Assembly (NCBI GenBank): GCA_035554435.1
Contig: DATMJC010000086.1
Span: 6,113-70,112 of the forward strand
Direction of reading: 5' to 3'
From: Burkholderiales bacterium
Lineage (GTDB): Bacteria; Pseudomonadota; Gammaproteobacteria; Burkholderiales; SG8-39
DNA length: 64,000 bases
The stretch's first letter is position 1; every line of letters starts with the position of its first letter. The notes under the pieces were generated by a model. The model was given only the letters and a program-made list of their open reading frames with translations, ran no database searches and was not told the origin of the DNA. A program made the translations under genes and the position numbers. Below, piece after piece: positions 25,542 to 34,851 of this stretch.

Positions 25542-26498
25542 CTAGTCCGACCGGATATTCGCTTTCTTGATCGCCGCGCTGAAACGCGGCGTCTCGCGCT
25601 TGATGCGCGCAGTAGCTTCCTCCGGAGTGGTGCCGACCGGCTGCGCGCCGAGTTGCGCAATGCGCGCGCGTACGTCCGGAAGCTGCAGCGCCTTCGCGAT
25701 TTCGACGCTGAGACGATCGACGATCGGGCGCGGCACGCCCGCTGGCGCGGCCATGGCGATCCAGATGCCGTCCGCGAATCCCGGCGCGCCCGACTCGGCG
25801 ACGGTCGGCACGGCGGGGAACTCGGCATCCCGCGCAGCGCTGGTGATCGCCAACGCCTTCGTCTTGCCGCCGCGGATGAGGCCGATGGCCGAGCCGAGGT
25901 TGAGCAGGCCGATGTTCACCTCGCCGCTCGCGATCGCCGCAGAGGCCGGCGCTCCGCCCTTGTAGGGCACATGCAGCAGGCTGATGCCGAGCTGCTGCGC
26001 GACCATCTCGGTCAGCACGTGGCTCGTCGAGCCGGTTCCCGCGGTCGAGTAGGTCAGCGTGCCGGGCTTGGCCTTCGCGGCGGCGATGAAGTCGGCGACG
26101 CTGTTGAACGGGCTGGACGCGGCGGCGAGCAGTACCAGCGGGCTCTCGATCATGATCGAGACGGGGACCAAATCCTTCACCGGGTCGTACGGAAGCTTCG
26201 CGTAGATATAGGGATGCATCACCAGCTCGGCGTTCGTCGCCATGAGCAGCGTATAGCCGTCGGGCGGCGAGGCGACGGCGGCCTGGATGCCGATGATGCC
26301 GCCGGCGCCGGTGCGGTTCTCGACCACGATCGGCTGGCCGAGCGCTTCCTGCAGCTTCGGCGCGAGCAGGCGGGCCGGCACGTCGGTCGCGCCGCCCGGG
26401 GCGAACGGCACGATGACGCGGATCGGCCGGCTCGGCCAGTCCTGCGCGAACGCCGTGATCGCGAAGCACTGCAGCAGGATGAAGAGGCATCGTTTCAT
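25542..26498 (-). CDS. Bug/TctC-family substrate-binding protein
   Basis: Internal start at MKRCLFILLQ of the composite ORF 25542..28163. It has a signal peptide and WPSRPIRVIVPFAPGGATDVPAR...VVENRTGAGG. Confidence 0.88.
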   Translation of the reverse strand: MKRCLFILLQCFAITAFAQDWPSRPIRVIVPFAPGGATDVPARLLAPKLQEALGQPIVVENRTGAGGIIGIQAAVASPPDGYTLLMATNAELVMHPYIYAKLPYDPVKDLVPVSIMIESPLVLLAAASSPFNSVADFIAAAKAKPGTLTYSTAGTGSTSHVLTEMVAQQLGISLLHVPYKGGAPASAAIASGEVNIGLLNLGSAIGLIRGGKTKALAITSAARDAEFPAVPTVAESGAPGFADGIWIAMAAPAGVPRPIVDRLSVEIAKALQLPDVRARIAQLGAQPVGTTPEEATARIKRETPRFSAAIKKANIRSD

Positions 26499-26529
26499 AT
26501 GCGCGCGATACTGGCTGGCCCACGACGGC

Positions 26530-26555
26530 CCGTCCAATGAAACGTTGTCATCGGC
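26530..26555 (+). promoter_or_regulatory. 26-nt box CCGTCCAATGAAACGTTGTCATCGGC (copy 2)
   Basis: This is an exact repeat of 25134..25159 and lies in the Bug/ABC-operon divergent region. It runs into the inverted repeat GTCATCG-GCG-CGATGAC. Confidence 0.6.
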
Positions 26556-26571
26556 GCGATGACGCGATCTC

Positions 26572-27414
26572 ATGCCCGTCGTACCATCGGCCGGGGTCGG
26601 GATGGACGTCATCGTCGAACAGCTGACGCAGGTATGGGCGGGGAGCGCGGGCGCCGATCTCGTCGCGCTCGAGCGCTTCTCGCACCGCTTCGCTTCTCGA
26701 CGCTTCTCCTGTCTCCTCGGCCCGAGCGGCTGCGGCAAGAGCACGCTGCTGCAGATCGTCGGCGGCCTCGAGCCCGCGACCAGCGGCACGGTCCGCATCG
26801 TCGATCCAGCGCGGCCGGGAGAGGCTCGACCGCCCGGCGCCGATTCGGTCATGGTGTGGCAGGGTCTCAATCTTTTTCCGTGGCGCAGCGTGCTCGACAA
26901 CGTCGCCTTCGGGCTCGAAGTGCACGGCATGCCCAAGGGGGAGCGCCATGAGCGCGCCCGCGCCCTCGTCGCATCGGTCGGGCTCGCCGGCTTCGAGCAC
27001 CACCTGCCCGGCCAGCTCTCCGGCGGCATGCGCCAGCGCGTCGCGCTGGCCCGGGCGCTCGTGCTCGAGCGCCCGATCCTCCTGATGGACGAGCCGTTCG
27101 CCGCGCTCGACGCGCAGACCAAGATCGTCATGCAGGAGGAGCTGGCGCGCATCTTCGACCGCACGCACAAGACGGTGATCTTCGTCACGCACGCCATCGA
27201 GGAAGCCATCCTCCTCGGCGACGAGGTGGTGGTGATGAGCGCGCGCCCGGGGCGCATCAAGGAGGTGCTGTTCGTCGACCTGCCGCGGCCGCGCTCGCTC
27301 GAGATGGTGAGCACGCGGGCCTTTGCCGCGATCTTCGACCGGGCATTCCACCTGATCCGCGAGGAAGTGATGACGTCGATGGCGCAGCAGGCGGCTGCCC
27401 TGGGTGCCGCATGA
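26572..27414 (+). CDS. ABC transporter ATP-binding protein (NitT/TauT-type)
   Basis: Walker A GPSGCGKST, signature LSGGMRQR and Walker B LLMDEPF are present. The start could be ATG 26572 or ATG 26602. Confidence 0.88.
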   Translation: MPVVPSAGVGMDVIVEQLTQVWAGSAGADLVALERFSHRFASRRFSCLLGPSGCGKSTLLQIVGGLEPATSGTVRIVDPARPGEARPPGADSVMVWQGLNLFPWRSVLDNVAFGLEVHGMPKGERHERARALVASVGLAGFEHHLPGQLSGGMRQRVALARALVLERPILLMDEPFAALDAQTKIVMQEELARIFDRTHKTVIFVTHAIEEAILLGDEVVVMSARPGRIKEVLFVDLPRPRSLEMVSTRAFAAIFDRAFHLIREEVMTSMAQQAAALGAA

Positions 27415-28166
27415 CGCTTGCCGAGCGCACGCTGCCGGGGATCGTCGTCGTCGCGTTCCTCCTCGCCTGGGAAGCGCTCGTGCGCGCGCGCGGCATCGCG
27501 CCGATCTACCTGCCGGCGCCGAGCGCCATCGCGGTCTATCTTTGGCGCATGATCGCCGACGGCTCGCTGCCCGTGAACCTCGGCATCACGCTCGGACGCG
27601 TGCTCGGCGGCTTCGCCGTGGCGGCGGTGGCGGGCGTCGGGCTCGGGGTGCTCATGGGCATGTCGCGCCTCGTGGCGCGCATCGCCGATCCGTGGATCGC
27701 CGCGCTCTATCCGCTGCCGAAGATCGCCCTCATTCCGCTCCTCCTCACCTGGCTCGGCACGGGCGAAGCCTACAAAATCGTGATCAGCGCGGTGACCGCT
27801 TTCTTTCCGATCGTGATCAGCGCTTACGCCGGCATCCGGGAGGTCGATCGGGGCCTGATGAAGGCCGCCGAGGACCTCGGGGCGAGCCGGCGACAGGTGC
27901 AGCTCAAGGTGGTCCTGCCCGCCGCCGTGCCCAGCATCTTCGCCGGCCTGCACCTCGGAATGGGCGTTACCATCATCCTCGTCATCGCCGCCGAGATGAT
28001 CGGCGGCTCGAGCACGAGCGGCATGGGATACCTGCTCATGCAGGCCGGGCAGGTGATGGAGACCGAGAAGGTGTTCGCCGACCTGGTGGTGCTCGCCGTG
28101 GTCGGCGCGCTGATCGTCAAGCTGCAGCGGTGGATCGACCGCAAGGTCGCTCCCTGGGCTCACTAA
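27411..28166 (+). CDS. ABC transporter permease (NitT/TauT-type)
   Basis: 251-aa protein with six predicted TM segments. An ATGA overlap joins it to the ATPase gene. Confidence 0.85.
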   Translation: MTLAERTLPGIVVVAFLLAWEALVRARGIAPIYLPAPSAIAVYLWRMIADGSLPVNLGITLGRVLGGFAVAAVAGVGLGVLMGMSRLVARIADPWIAALYPLPKIALIPLLLTWLGTGEAYKIVISAVTAFFPIVISAYAGIREVDRGLMKAAEDLGASRRQVQLKVVLPAAVPSIFAGLHLGMGVTIILVIAAEMIGGSSTSGMGYLLMQAGQVMETEKVFADLVVLAVVGALIVKLQRWIDRKVAPWAH

Positions 28167-28180
28167 AACGGAGGATGCAC

Positions 28181-29218
28181 ATGGTCTGGCGAATTTTGCT
28201 CACAGCATGCCTGCTTGCTGCGCTCGCGCGTCCCGCGGCGGCCGAGGACGTGGTCCGCGTCGGCGAAGGCCCGTTCATCTCCGGCGGCGGCTTCTTCGTC
28301 GCCGAAGCGCGCGGCTATTTCAAGCGGCTCGGCATCGATGTGCAGGTGAAGAAGTTCAACGACGGCGCCTTCGCCGTTCCGGGTCTGGTCGCCGGCGAGC
28401 TGGACCTCGCGTTGATGCCGGCGAACGCGAGCCTCTTCAACAGCATCGCGAAGGGCGCGCCGCTAGTCCTCGTGCTCGATCGCGGCCACAACCGGCCGGG
28501 CTTCGGCTACCTCACCATCAACGTGACGCAGGAGCTCTACGACGGGGGGATCCGCACGATGGCGGACCTCGCCAAGCTCAAAGGCAAGAAGGTCGGCGTC
28601 AACGCGGTCGGCAGCATCAACCAGTACGACATGTCGCGCGCGCTGCAGAAGGCCGGGCTCGATCCGCGCAAGGACGTGCAGTGGGTCACCGGTATCCCGC
28701 AGCCCGAGCTCATGAAGATGCTCGGCCAGAAGCAGGTCGACGCGATCGAGGTTGCTTACCAGTTCGGCTTCTTCGCCCAGAACAACAAGTGGGGCCCGAT
28801 CGTCGCCACCGGCGACCAGGTCGAGCCGAACAGCTCGATCTCCGTGTACGCCGCACGGCGCGATTTCGTCCAGAGCAAGCGCGGCGTGCTGGTGCGCTTT
28901 GCCATGGCGTATCTCGAGGGCGTGAAGGAGTTCAATGCCGCCGCCGCGGCGCCGGACAAGCATCCGGACGTCGCCCAGATCCTCGCGAAGAACACGTTCC
29001 TCGGGAAGCCCGAGATCGTGCGCGCCATCGCGCCGCACTGGTCTTATGTGAGCGAGGACGGCATTCCGCCGATCGACTCGATCCTCGCGATGCAGGACTA
29101 CTGGGCCGACTACTTCACTTACGTCGAGAAGAAGACGCCACGCAGCCAGCTCTTCGACCTGTCGGTCGCCCAGGAGGCGAAGCGCCGCCTCGACGCCGAG
29201 AAGCCGTTCGGCAAGTAG
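28181..29218 (+). CDS. ABC transporter substrate-binding protein (NMT1/THI5-like)
   Basis: Internal ATG of ORF 27404..29218, 7 nt after GGAGG. The signal peptide is MVWRILLTACLLAALARPAAA. Confidence 0.8.
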   Translation: MVWRILLTACLLAALARPAAAEDVVRVGEGPFISGGGFFVAEARGYFKRLGIDVQVKKFNDGAFAVPGLVAGELDLALMPANASLFNSIAKGAPLVLVLDRGHNRPGFGYLTINVTQELYDGGIRTMADLAKLKGKKVGVNAVGSINQYDMSRALQKAGLDPRKDVQWVTGIPQPELMKMLGQKQVDAIEVAYQFGFFAQNNKWGPIVATGDQVEPNSSISVYAARRDFVQSKRGVLVRFAMAYLEGVKEFNAAAAAPDKHPDVAQILAKNTFLGKPEIVRAIAPHWSYVSEDGIPPIDSILAMQDYWADYFTYVEKKTPRSQLFDLSVAQEAKRRLDAEKPFGK

Positions 29219-29224
29219 GCGCCG

Positions 29225-29611
29225 ATGAAGAAGAGCTTCGTTCGCGGCACCTGGCAGCAGAAGCGCGCCTTCTCGCCGGCCGTCATCACCGAGGGCGCGG
29301 GACGCATCGTGTGGGTCGCGGGGCACACCGGCCACAAGGATGGCGCTGGCGGCTCGCTTGCCGGCGACTTCGACGCGCAGTGTCGCCAGACCTTCCGCAA
29401 TATCGAGAAGACGCTCGCCGAGGCCGGCTGCACGCTCGCCGACCTCGTCACGATGACCGTGTTCCTCATCGACGCGCGCCACACCACGCGCATGACGGAG
29501 CTTCGCACCGAGATCCTCGGCCGCGACTTTCCGGCGAGCGCGGCGATCACGGTGGGCGGCTTCGCCGACCCGTCCATGATGATCGAGATCCAGGCCGTGG
29601 CGGTGACGTGA
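29225..29611 (+). CDS. RidA/YjgF-family protein
   Basis: 128-aa ORF with typical RidA length and sequence. Confidence 0.75.
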   Translation: MKKSFVRGTWQQKRAFSPAVITEGAGRIVWVAGHTGHKDGAGGSLAGDFDAQCRQTFRNIEKTLAEAGCTLADLVTMTVFLIDARHTTRMTELRTEILGRDFPASAAITVGGFADPSMMIEIQAVAVT

Positions 29612-31029
29612 AAGACCTCTGGCGCTGGGGCGCCGTGAAACTGGCACGCGGGATCCGCGCGCGCGAGATCTCGTCGCGCGAGGCGGTGGAGAGCTGCCTC
29701 GCTCGCATCGATGCGATCAACCCGCGCATCAACGCCATCGTCGACCTGATGGCCGGCGAGGCACTCCAGGCTGCGGACAAGGCCGATGCGGCGCTGAAGA
29801 AAGGCTGCGCGCTCGGCGTGCTGCACGGCGTGCCGGTCACCCTGAAGATCAACGTCGACGTGGCGGGTCGGCCGACCACCAACGGCGTGGTGGCGTTCAA
29901 GGACAAGGTGCCGGGCGAGGAAAGTCCCTGCGTCATCCAGTGGCGCAATGCCGGCGCCATCTTCGTCGGCCGCACCAATGTGCCGGCGTTCAGCACCCGC
30001 TACTTCACCGACAACACGCTGCATGGCCGCACGCTGAATCCCTGGGACCCCAAGCGCACACCGGGTGGCTCGAGCGGCGGCGCTGCGGCGGCGGTTGCCA
30101 CCGGCATGGGCGCGCTCGCACATGGGAATGATCGCGCGGGCTCGATCCGCTATCCGTCCTACGCGTGCGGCGTCTACGGCTTGCGCCCGTCCCTTGGGCG
30201 CATCGCCACGTTCGAGCCGGGGGTACCGGAGACGCTCGCCATCGCCACGCAGCTTGCGAACACGCAGGGACCGCTTGCCCGCTCGGTGCAGGACCTGCGC
30301 CTCGGCACCGCCGCGATGATGGGCCGCGATGCGCGCGATCCGTGGTGGGTGCCCGTTCCTCTCTCCGACGCCGCCCCGCGACCCGGCCGGGTGGCCATTT
30401 GCAGCGGGATACCGGAAGCGGACGTCGACCCGGCGGTCGCCGCGGCAGTGAAGCAAGCCGGCAAATGGCTCGCCGAGGCCGGGTATGAGGTGGAGGAAGT
30501 GGCGCCGCCGCACCTGCACGAGGCGGGATCGCTTTTCTTCACTATGGTCGTGAGCGAGAACGCGGTCTCGACCGACGATCGCGCCGGCACGACGAAGGCG
30601 ATCGAGGCGCTCGGCGACGAGGCGTGCAAGCAGGCGCGCCGCTCCATGGTGGCTTCGATCAAGCCGCTCGACTACGAGGGCTATGTTTCCGCCCTGGCCC
30701 GCCGCGCCGCGCTCCTGCGCCGCTGGATGGTGTTCTTCGAGCGCTATCAGTTCGTCGTGCTGCCGGTCTCCTGGCAGCGGCCGTTCCCGGTGGACGAGGA
30801 CCAGAAAGGCGACCTGGCCATGGCCGCGCTCCTGCGCGCGCAGGTGCCGACCCTCGCCTGCTCCGCGCTCGGCCTGCCCGGGCTTGCCTGCCCGGCGACG
30901 CTCGCCGACGGCGTGCCGGTCGGCGTGCAGCTCGTCGGGCCGCGCTACGGCGAGGAAATGCTGTTCGCGGCGGCCGAGGCTATAGAAGCGCGAACGCCGG
31001 TGAAGACGCCGATCGAGCCCGGACTGTAA
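29608..31029 (+). CDS. amidase (amidase-signature family)
   Basis: The GTG at 29608 overlaps the RidA stop (GTGA). The AS signature GGSSGGAAAAVATGMGALAHGNDRAGSIRYP is present. Confidence 0.88.
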   Translation: MKDLWRWGAVKLARGIRAREISSREAVESCLARIDAINPRINAIVDLMAGEALQAADKADAALKKGCALGVLHGVPVTLKINVDVAGRPTTNGVVAFKDKVPGEESPCVIQWRNAGAIFVGRTNVPAFSTRYFTDNTLHGRTLNPWDPKRTPGGSSGGAAAAVATGMGALAHGNDRAGSIRYPSYACGVYGLRPSLGRIATFEPGVPETLAIATQLANTQGPLARSVQDLRLGTAAMMGRDARDPWWVPVPLSDAAPRPGRVAICSGIPEADVDPAVAAAVKQAGKWLAEAGYEVEEVAPPHLHEAGSLFFTMVVSENAVSTDDRAGTTKAIEALGDEACKQARRSMVASIKPLDYEGYVSALARRAALLRRWMVFFERYQFVVLPVSWQRPFPVDEDQKGDLAMAALLRAQVPTLACSALGLPGLACPATLADGVPVGVQLVGPRYGEEMLFAAAEAIEARTPVKTPIEPGL

Positions 31030-31053
31030 GATAAGCCCAAAGGAGGCAGGAGG

Positions 31054-32070
31054 ATGATGAAACCAGGACGTCTGTTTGCGCTCGTCGCGCTGATTCTGAG
31101 CGCGAATTCATACCTTGGGGCCACGCCGGCTGGCGCGCAGACGGTGATCAAGCTCGGCACGGCGACGATCAACGATGTGCAGCACGAGTACCTCAAGCGC
31201 TTCGCCGAGCGCATGAACAAGCAGCTCGCCGGCAAGGTGAAGGTCGAGGTCTATCCGGCGGAGCAGCTCGGCAACAACGCGCGCATGCTGGAAGGTCTGG
31301 CGCTCGGCACGATCGAGGGGGTGGTCGGGCCGCCGGAGTTCATCGTCGGCGTCGATCCGCGCTTCCAGATCGTCGGCGCGCCGGGCCTGATCAAGGACAT
31401 CCACCATGCCGTGCGCCTGACGCAGGACGCCAAGTTCCGCGAGGCGCTGTTCGGCTTCGGCGAGGCGAAGGGCATCAAGGGCCTCGGCGTCGTCGTGTAC
31501 GGCGCCAACGTCTGGGCGACTCGCAAGCCCGTGCGCAGCTTTGCCGACTTCAAGGGGATGAAGGTGCGCGTGCTTGCCTCCCAGATGCATACGGTGCCCC
31601 TCGAGCGCATCGGCGTGACCGGCGTGCCGATGGCGCCTTCCGAGGCGGTGCAGGCGCTTTCGTCCGGCGCGATCGACGGCGTGCGCACCGGCATCACCAT
31701 CTTCACCACGTTCAAGTACTACGACATCGTGAAGGACGTCACCGCGGTCGACGGCGACGGCACCATCCTGTCGATGTTCTACGTCGGCAAGAAATGGTTC
31801 GACGGCCTGCCGGCCGACGTGCGCAAGGCCGCGCTCGACACTTCGGCGAAGCTCGAGCCGGAGATGAACCAGTGGAGCGTCGACGAGATCGGCAAGGCCG
31901 AGGCGCAGTGGAAGCAGCACGCCGGCCAGATCCACCGCATCACCGGTCCGGACCAGGTCGAGTTCCAGAAACGCATGCGCGCCGCAGCCGACGAGGTCGC
32001 CGACAAGAACCCGCGCATCAAGGACGCCTACCAGCTGATGGTGGAGCGGGCCAAGGCGACCGAAAAATAG
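31054..32070 (+). CDS. TRAP transporter substrate-binding protein (DctP family)
   Basis: 338-aa ORF with a signal peptide and a DctP-like sequence. No adjacent QM genes are present. Confidence 0.82.
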   Translation: MMKPGRLFALVALILSANSYLGATPAGAQTVIKLGTATINDVQHEYLKRFAERMNKQLAGKVKVEVYPAEQLGNNARMLEGLALGTIEGVVGPPEFIVGVDPRFQIVGAPGLIKDIHHAVRLTQDAKFREALFGFGEAKGIKGLGVVVYGANVWATRKPVRSFADFKGMKVRVLASQMHTVPLERIGVTGVPMAPSEAVQALSSGAIDGVRTGITIFTTFKYYDIVKDVTAVDGDGTILSMFYVGKKWFDGLPADVRKAALDTSAKLEPEMNQWSVDEIGKAEAQWKQHAGQIHRITGPDQVEFQKRMRAAADEVADKNPRIKDAYQLMVERAKATEK

Positions 32071-32073
32071 GCA

Positions 32074-32535
32074 TTACAACGGCATCACGATCGAGCCTGG
32101 GATCAGCGCTGTGTCGTAGACGCAGATCTTTTCGCGCAGCCGGAGCCCGGCTTCGGTTCTCACCAGCCTATCCAGATAGCGACCGGCGCAGAGGATGCGC
32201 GTGTGCTGATCGAGAAGCGTCTCGAACACGACGAAGTTCGCGCGCGCCGAGATGCCTTCGCCCTCCTCGCGCCCGCGGATCTGCGTGATGCTGTGGCGCC
32301 AGGCGCGCGGCGCGTAGACGTTGAGCTCCTTCGACGCGTGGGCGCGGTCCTTCAGCATGCCGACGCTCTCGCAGAGCATGAGGCTGAGCGGCAGGCCCAT
32401 GTCGTGGTTTTCCTTCGAGACGACGCGGTAGAGGCACGGTTCGACGAAGAGCTCCGGCCAGCGCTCGAGCGCGCCGCCGTCAATGACCTCGCTGTACTCG
32501 GCGTAGAACTCCTCGAGCTCCTCGCGGAGGCTCAT
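32074..32535 (-). CDS. aromatic-ring-hydroxylating oxygenase beta subunit
   Basis: Internal start at MSLREELEEFY, joined by an ATGA overlap to the alpha-subunit gene. The size is typical of the SnoaL/NTF2-like fold. Confidence 0.8.
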   Translation of the reverse strand: MSLREELEEFYAEYSEVIDGGALERWPELFVEPCLYRVVSKENHDMGLPLSLMLCESVGMLKDRAHASKELNVYAPRAWRHSITQIRGREEGEGISARANFVVFETLLDQHTRILCAGRYLDRLVRTEAGLRLREKICVYDTALIPGSIVMPL

Positions 32536-33764
32536 AGATCCATGACGTTGCGGTAGCCCCGGTAGAAGGCGCGCAGCGCCACGTCGGTCACCATGTGGTC
32601 GCAATCGGCGTAGTCGCGCCCGCCCATCTCGTTGATGCCGGCCGCGTCCGCGGCGGCGGCGAAGCCGTGCTGCGCCCGCTCGATGATCTCGCCGTCGTCC
32701 ATGGAGACGAGGCCGCCCGGCCCCATCAGGTTCGCCTGCCTCAGGCGCCGGCGCGTCATCTCTTCGTCGTCCGTGGCGTAGCCGAAGAAGGTCCAGTGCA
32801 GGTCGAACTCGTGCGGGCCGCGCGGCACGATCTGGCGCGTGGCGAGCGTGTTCGACTGCTGCTGAAGGATCAGGTTCGGCCAGAAGGTATGCATGATCAC
32901 CGTCGCGTCGCCCGGGAACTCGCGCACCGTGTCGAGAAGTCGCGGATCCTGCAGGGCGAGCTGCTGCTTGAACGAATGCATCTGCCGCGTACCCTCGTTC
33001 AGCTCCTGCTTGCCGCGCTCGGAGATGAGCGCGGTGTGAAGCCCAGTCTCGTCCATGCGCACCTTGGACGGGTTGTCGACCCGGAAAAGACCGAAAGTGA
33101 CGAAGAACACGTGAAGTAGGCTCGCGTGGCAGGTGTCCTTGATGTTCTCGAGGATCAGCTTCCAGTTGGCGCGGAGTCGTTGGCGCGAGTAGCCGAGCAG
33201 GCGCAGCTCGCGGCCGTCGAACACGCGGTCATAGAAAGCGAGCATCTTCTCGCCGAGGTAGTCCTCGAGCGACGGCGTGCCGGCGTCGAGCGATCCGAAA
33301 ACCGCGCCACGGCGCGCCGCGATGCGGATCGGCGTCAATCCGTGCTGCGAGAAATCGAACTCGGTCGGCATGCCGCCGACGCCCTTCACGCCATTGCGGA
33401 ACGGCATCCCCATCAGGCGGCCGTCGAGGTCATAGGTCCACTGGTGGTACGGGCACCTGAACTGGCGCGCGTGGCCACTCGCCTCCTGGCAGAGCTGGAC
33501 GCCGCGATGTGCGCAGCGGTTCAAGAAGCCGCGCACCACGCCGTCCTCGCCGCGCACCACGAGCACCGACTTCTCGCCGATCCAGCTCCGTTTCCAGTCG
33601 CCCGGCTTCGGCAGCTCGCAGTCGAGCGCGAGGTAGCTCCAGGTCGGCCCCTCGAAGATGCGCTCGAGCTCGCGCCGGTAGACCGCCTCGTCGGTGTACA
33701 CCCAGTATGGAACGCGGGCGTCGCCCTCAGTGGGCCAAGCGGCCGCCCAGGCGCGCTCGTTCAA
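32532..33764 (-). CDS. Rieske non-haem-iron oxygenase alpha subunit
   Basis: The Rieske motif CAHRG...CPYHQW and a catalytic-domain His pair in DTCHASLLH are present. Confidence 0.88.
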   Translation of the reverse strand: MNERAWAAAWPTEGDARVPYWVYTDEAVYRRELERIFEGPTWSYLALDCELPKPGDWKRSWIGEKSVLVVRGEDGVVRGFLNRCAHRGVQLCQEASGHARQFRCPYHQWTYDLDGRLMGMPFRNGVKGVGGMPTEFDFSQHGLTPIRIAARRGAVFGSLDAGTPSLEDYLGEKMLAFYDRVFDGRELRLLGYSRQRLRANWKLILENIKDTCHASLLHVFFVTFGLFRVDNPSKVRMDETGLHTALISERGKQELNEGTRQMHSFKQQLALQDPRLLDTVREFPGDATVIMHTFWPNLILQQQSNTLATRQIVPRGPHEFDLHWTFFGYATDDEEMTRRRLRQANLMGPGGLVSMDDGEIIERAQHGFAAAADAAGINEMGGRDYADCDHMVTDVALRAFYRGYRNVMDL

Positions 33765-34453
33765 TGCTTTCTCCGCTCGGCGAAGCGGGTCTGCTCGACC
33801 AGCGCGTAGGCGCTGCGCGCCTCCGGCGCAAGGCGGCGCACGGCGCCGAAATAGCGCTTGCTCGTCTTGAGCACTTCGGGTTCGCGCGAGCGTAGATCCT
33901 GCAGCAGGCTTTCGATTTCACGGTGGAGATCCGGTACCACGCGCGAGACGAGCCCGATCTCTTTGGCTTCCGCAGCGCCGAACTCGCGGCTCGACAGCAC
34001 GATGTCGAGCGCGGCCTTCGGCGCGAGATGCTCGGAGATCTCGGCCATGATGAACATCGGCGCGATGCCGAGCTTTACCTCGTCTAGCATGAAGCGCGCA
34101 TCAGCGGCCGCAAGCGCTATGTCGCTCCTCATCACCATGCCAACCGCGAAACCGAAGGCGCGGCCCTGCACGCTGCACACCGCAATGCCCGGAAAGTTCG
34201 ACAGCGCGGAGTTCACCTCGGTGATGAGCTTGAACGCCTCGAACGGCGCTCCGCCCGCCTTCGCGTCCTGCCGGTCGCGGCCGAGCGAGAAATCGGCCCC
34301 GGCGGCCGAGATGGCGAGGATGTCCGCCTCGCCTGCCGCGCGCGTGAGCGCGGCGAGCAACTGCGACAGCATCTCGGTGGTGAACGCGTTCGATGCTGCC
34401 GGGCGCTGCAGGACGAGCCGCGCGACGCGGTTCTCGATGGCGATATCGATCAC
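33761..34453 (-). CDS. enoyl-CoA hydratase/isomerase (crotonase) family protein
   Basis: 230-aa ORF with a crotonase-fold sequence (RLVLQRPAASNAF...GRAFGFAVGMV). Confidence 0.78.
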   Translation of the reverse strand: MIDIAIENRVARLVLQRPAASNAFTTEMLSQLLAALTRAAGEADILAISAAGADFSLGRDRQDAKAGGAPFEAFKLITEVNSALSNFPGIAVCSVQGRAFGFAVGMVMRSDIALAAADARFMLDEVKLGIAPMFIMAEISEHLAPKAALDIVLSSREFGAAEAKEIGLVSRVVPDLHREIESLLQDLRSREPEVLKTSKRYFGAVRRLAPEARSAYALVEQTRFAERRKH

Positions 34454-34851
34454 TGCGTTCCCTGCCAGCCTTTCTTCGAGATGTCGAAGATGACGCCGTC
34501 GGGATCCTTGAACTTGCGCTCGAAGTTCTCTTTCTCAGCGTCATTGCCGAGGTCGAAGAAGAACTTGCCGCCGCGCGCCTCGATCTTCTTCTGCGTCTCG
34601 GCCAGGTCGTCGACCTGGAAGCCGAAGTGGTGCGCGCCGATGTAGCTTTTCGCATCGTCGAGGCCCGAACCGCGCTTGCCGAAGTAGTTGAGAAGGGCGA
34701 GGTTGATCACGCCGTCGCTGAGGTATATAGCGGCGGCAAAGTCGAGCGTTTCCTGGCCGACGCGCTTCAGGCCGAACACGCCTTCGTAGAATTTGGCCGA
34801 CCTCTCCAGGTCGCCGACCACCACCGCAAAGTGCCTCAGTCTGGCTGCCAT
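34450..34851 (-). CDS. VOC family protein
   Basis: 133-aa ORF with HFAVVVGDLERSAKFYEGVFGL. Confidence 0.75.
   Translation of the reverse strand: MAARLRHFAVVVGDLERSAKFYEGVFGLKRVGQETLDFAAAIYLSDGVINLALLNYFGKRGSGLDDAKSYIGAHHFGFQVDDLAETQKKIEARGGKFFFDLGNDAEKENFERKFKDPDGVIFDISKKGWQGTQ

Noticed and set aside
25542-28163. Composite ORFs that extend real genes far upstream. Examples are 25542..28163, 28207..31029, 35699..38029, 37537..39198, 12230..13645, 12814..14208, 23171..24472, 5632..6942, 3649..4623, 54322..55977 and 58134..59999.
   Set aside because: The N-terminal extensions are antisense or out of frame to neighbouring real genes and have shadow-ORF composition. Internal starts give normal protein N-termini (signal peptides, conserved first motifs), often with ATGA/GTGA coupling or a Shine-Dalgarno.
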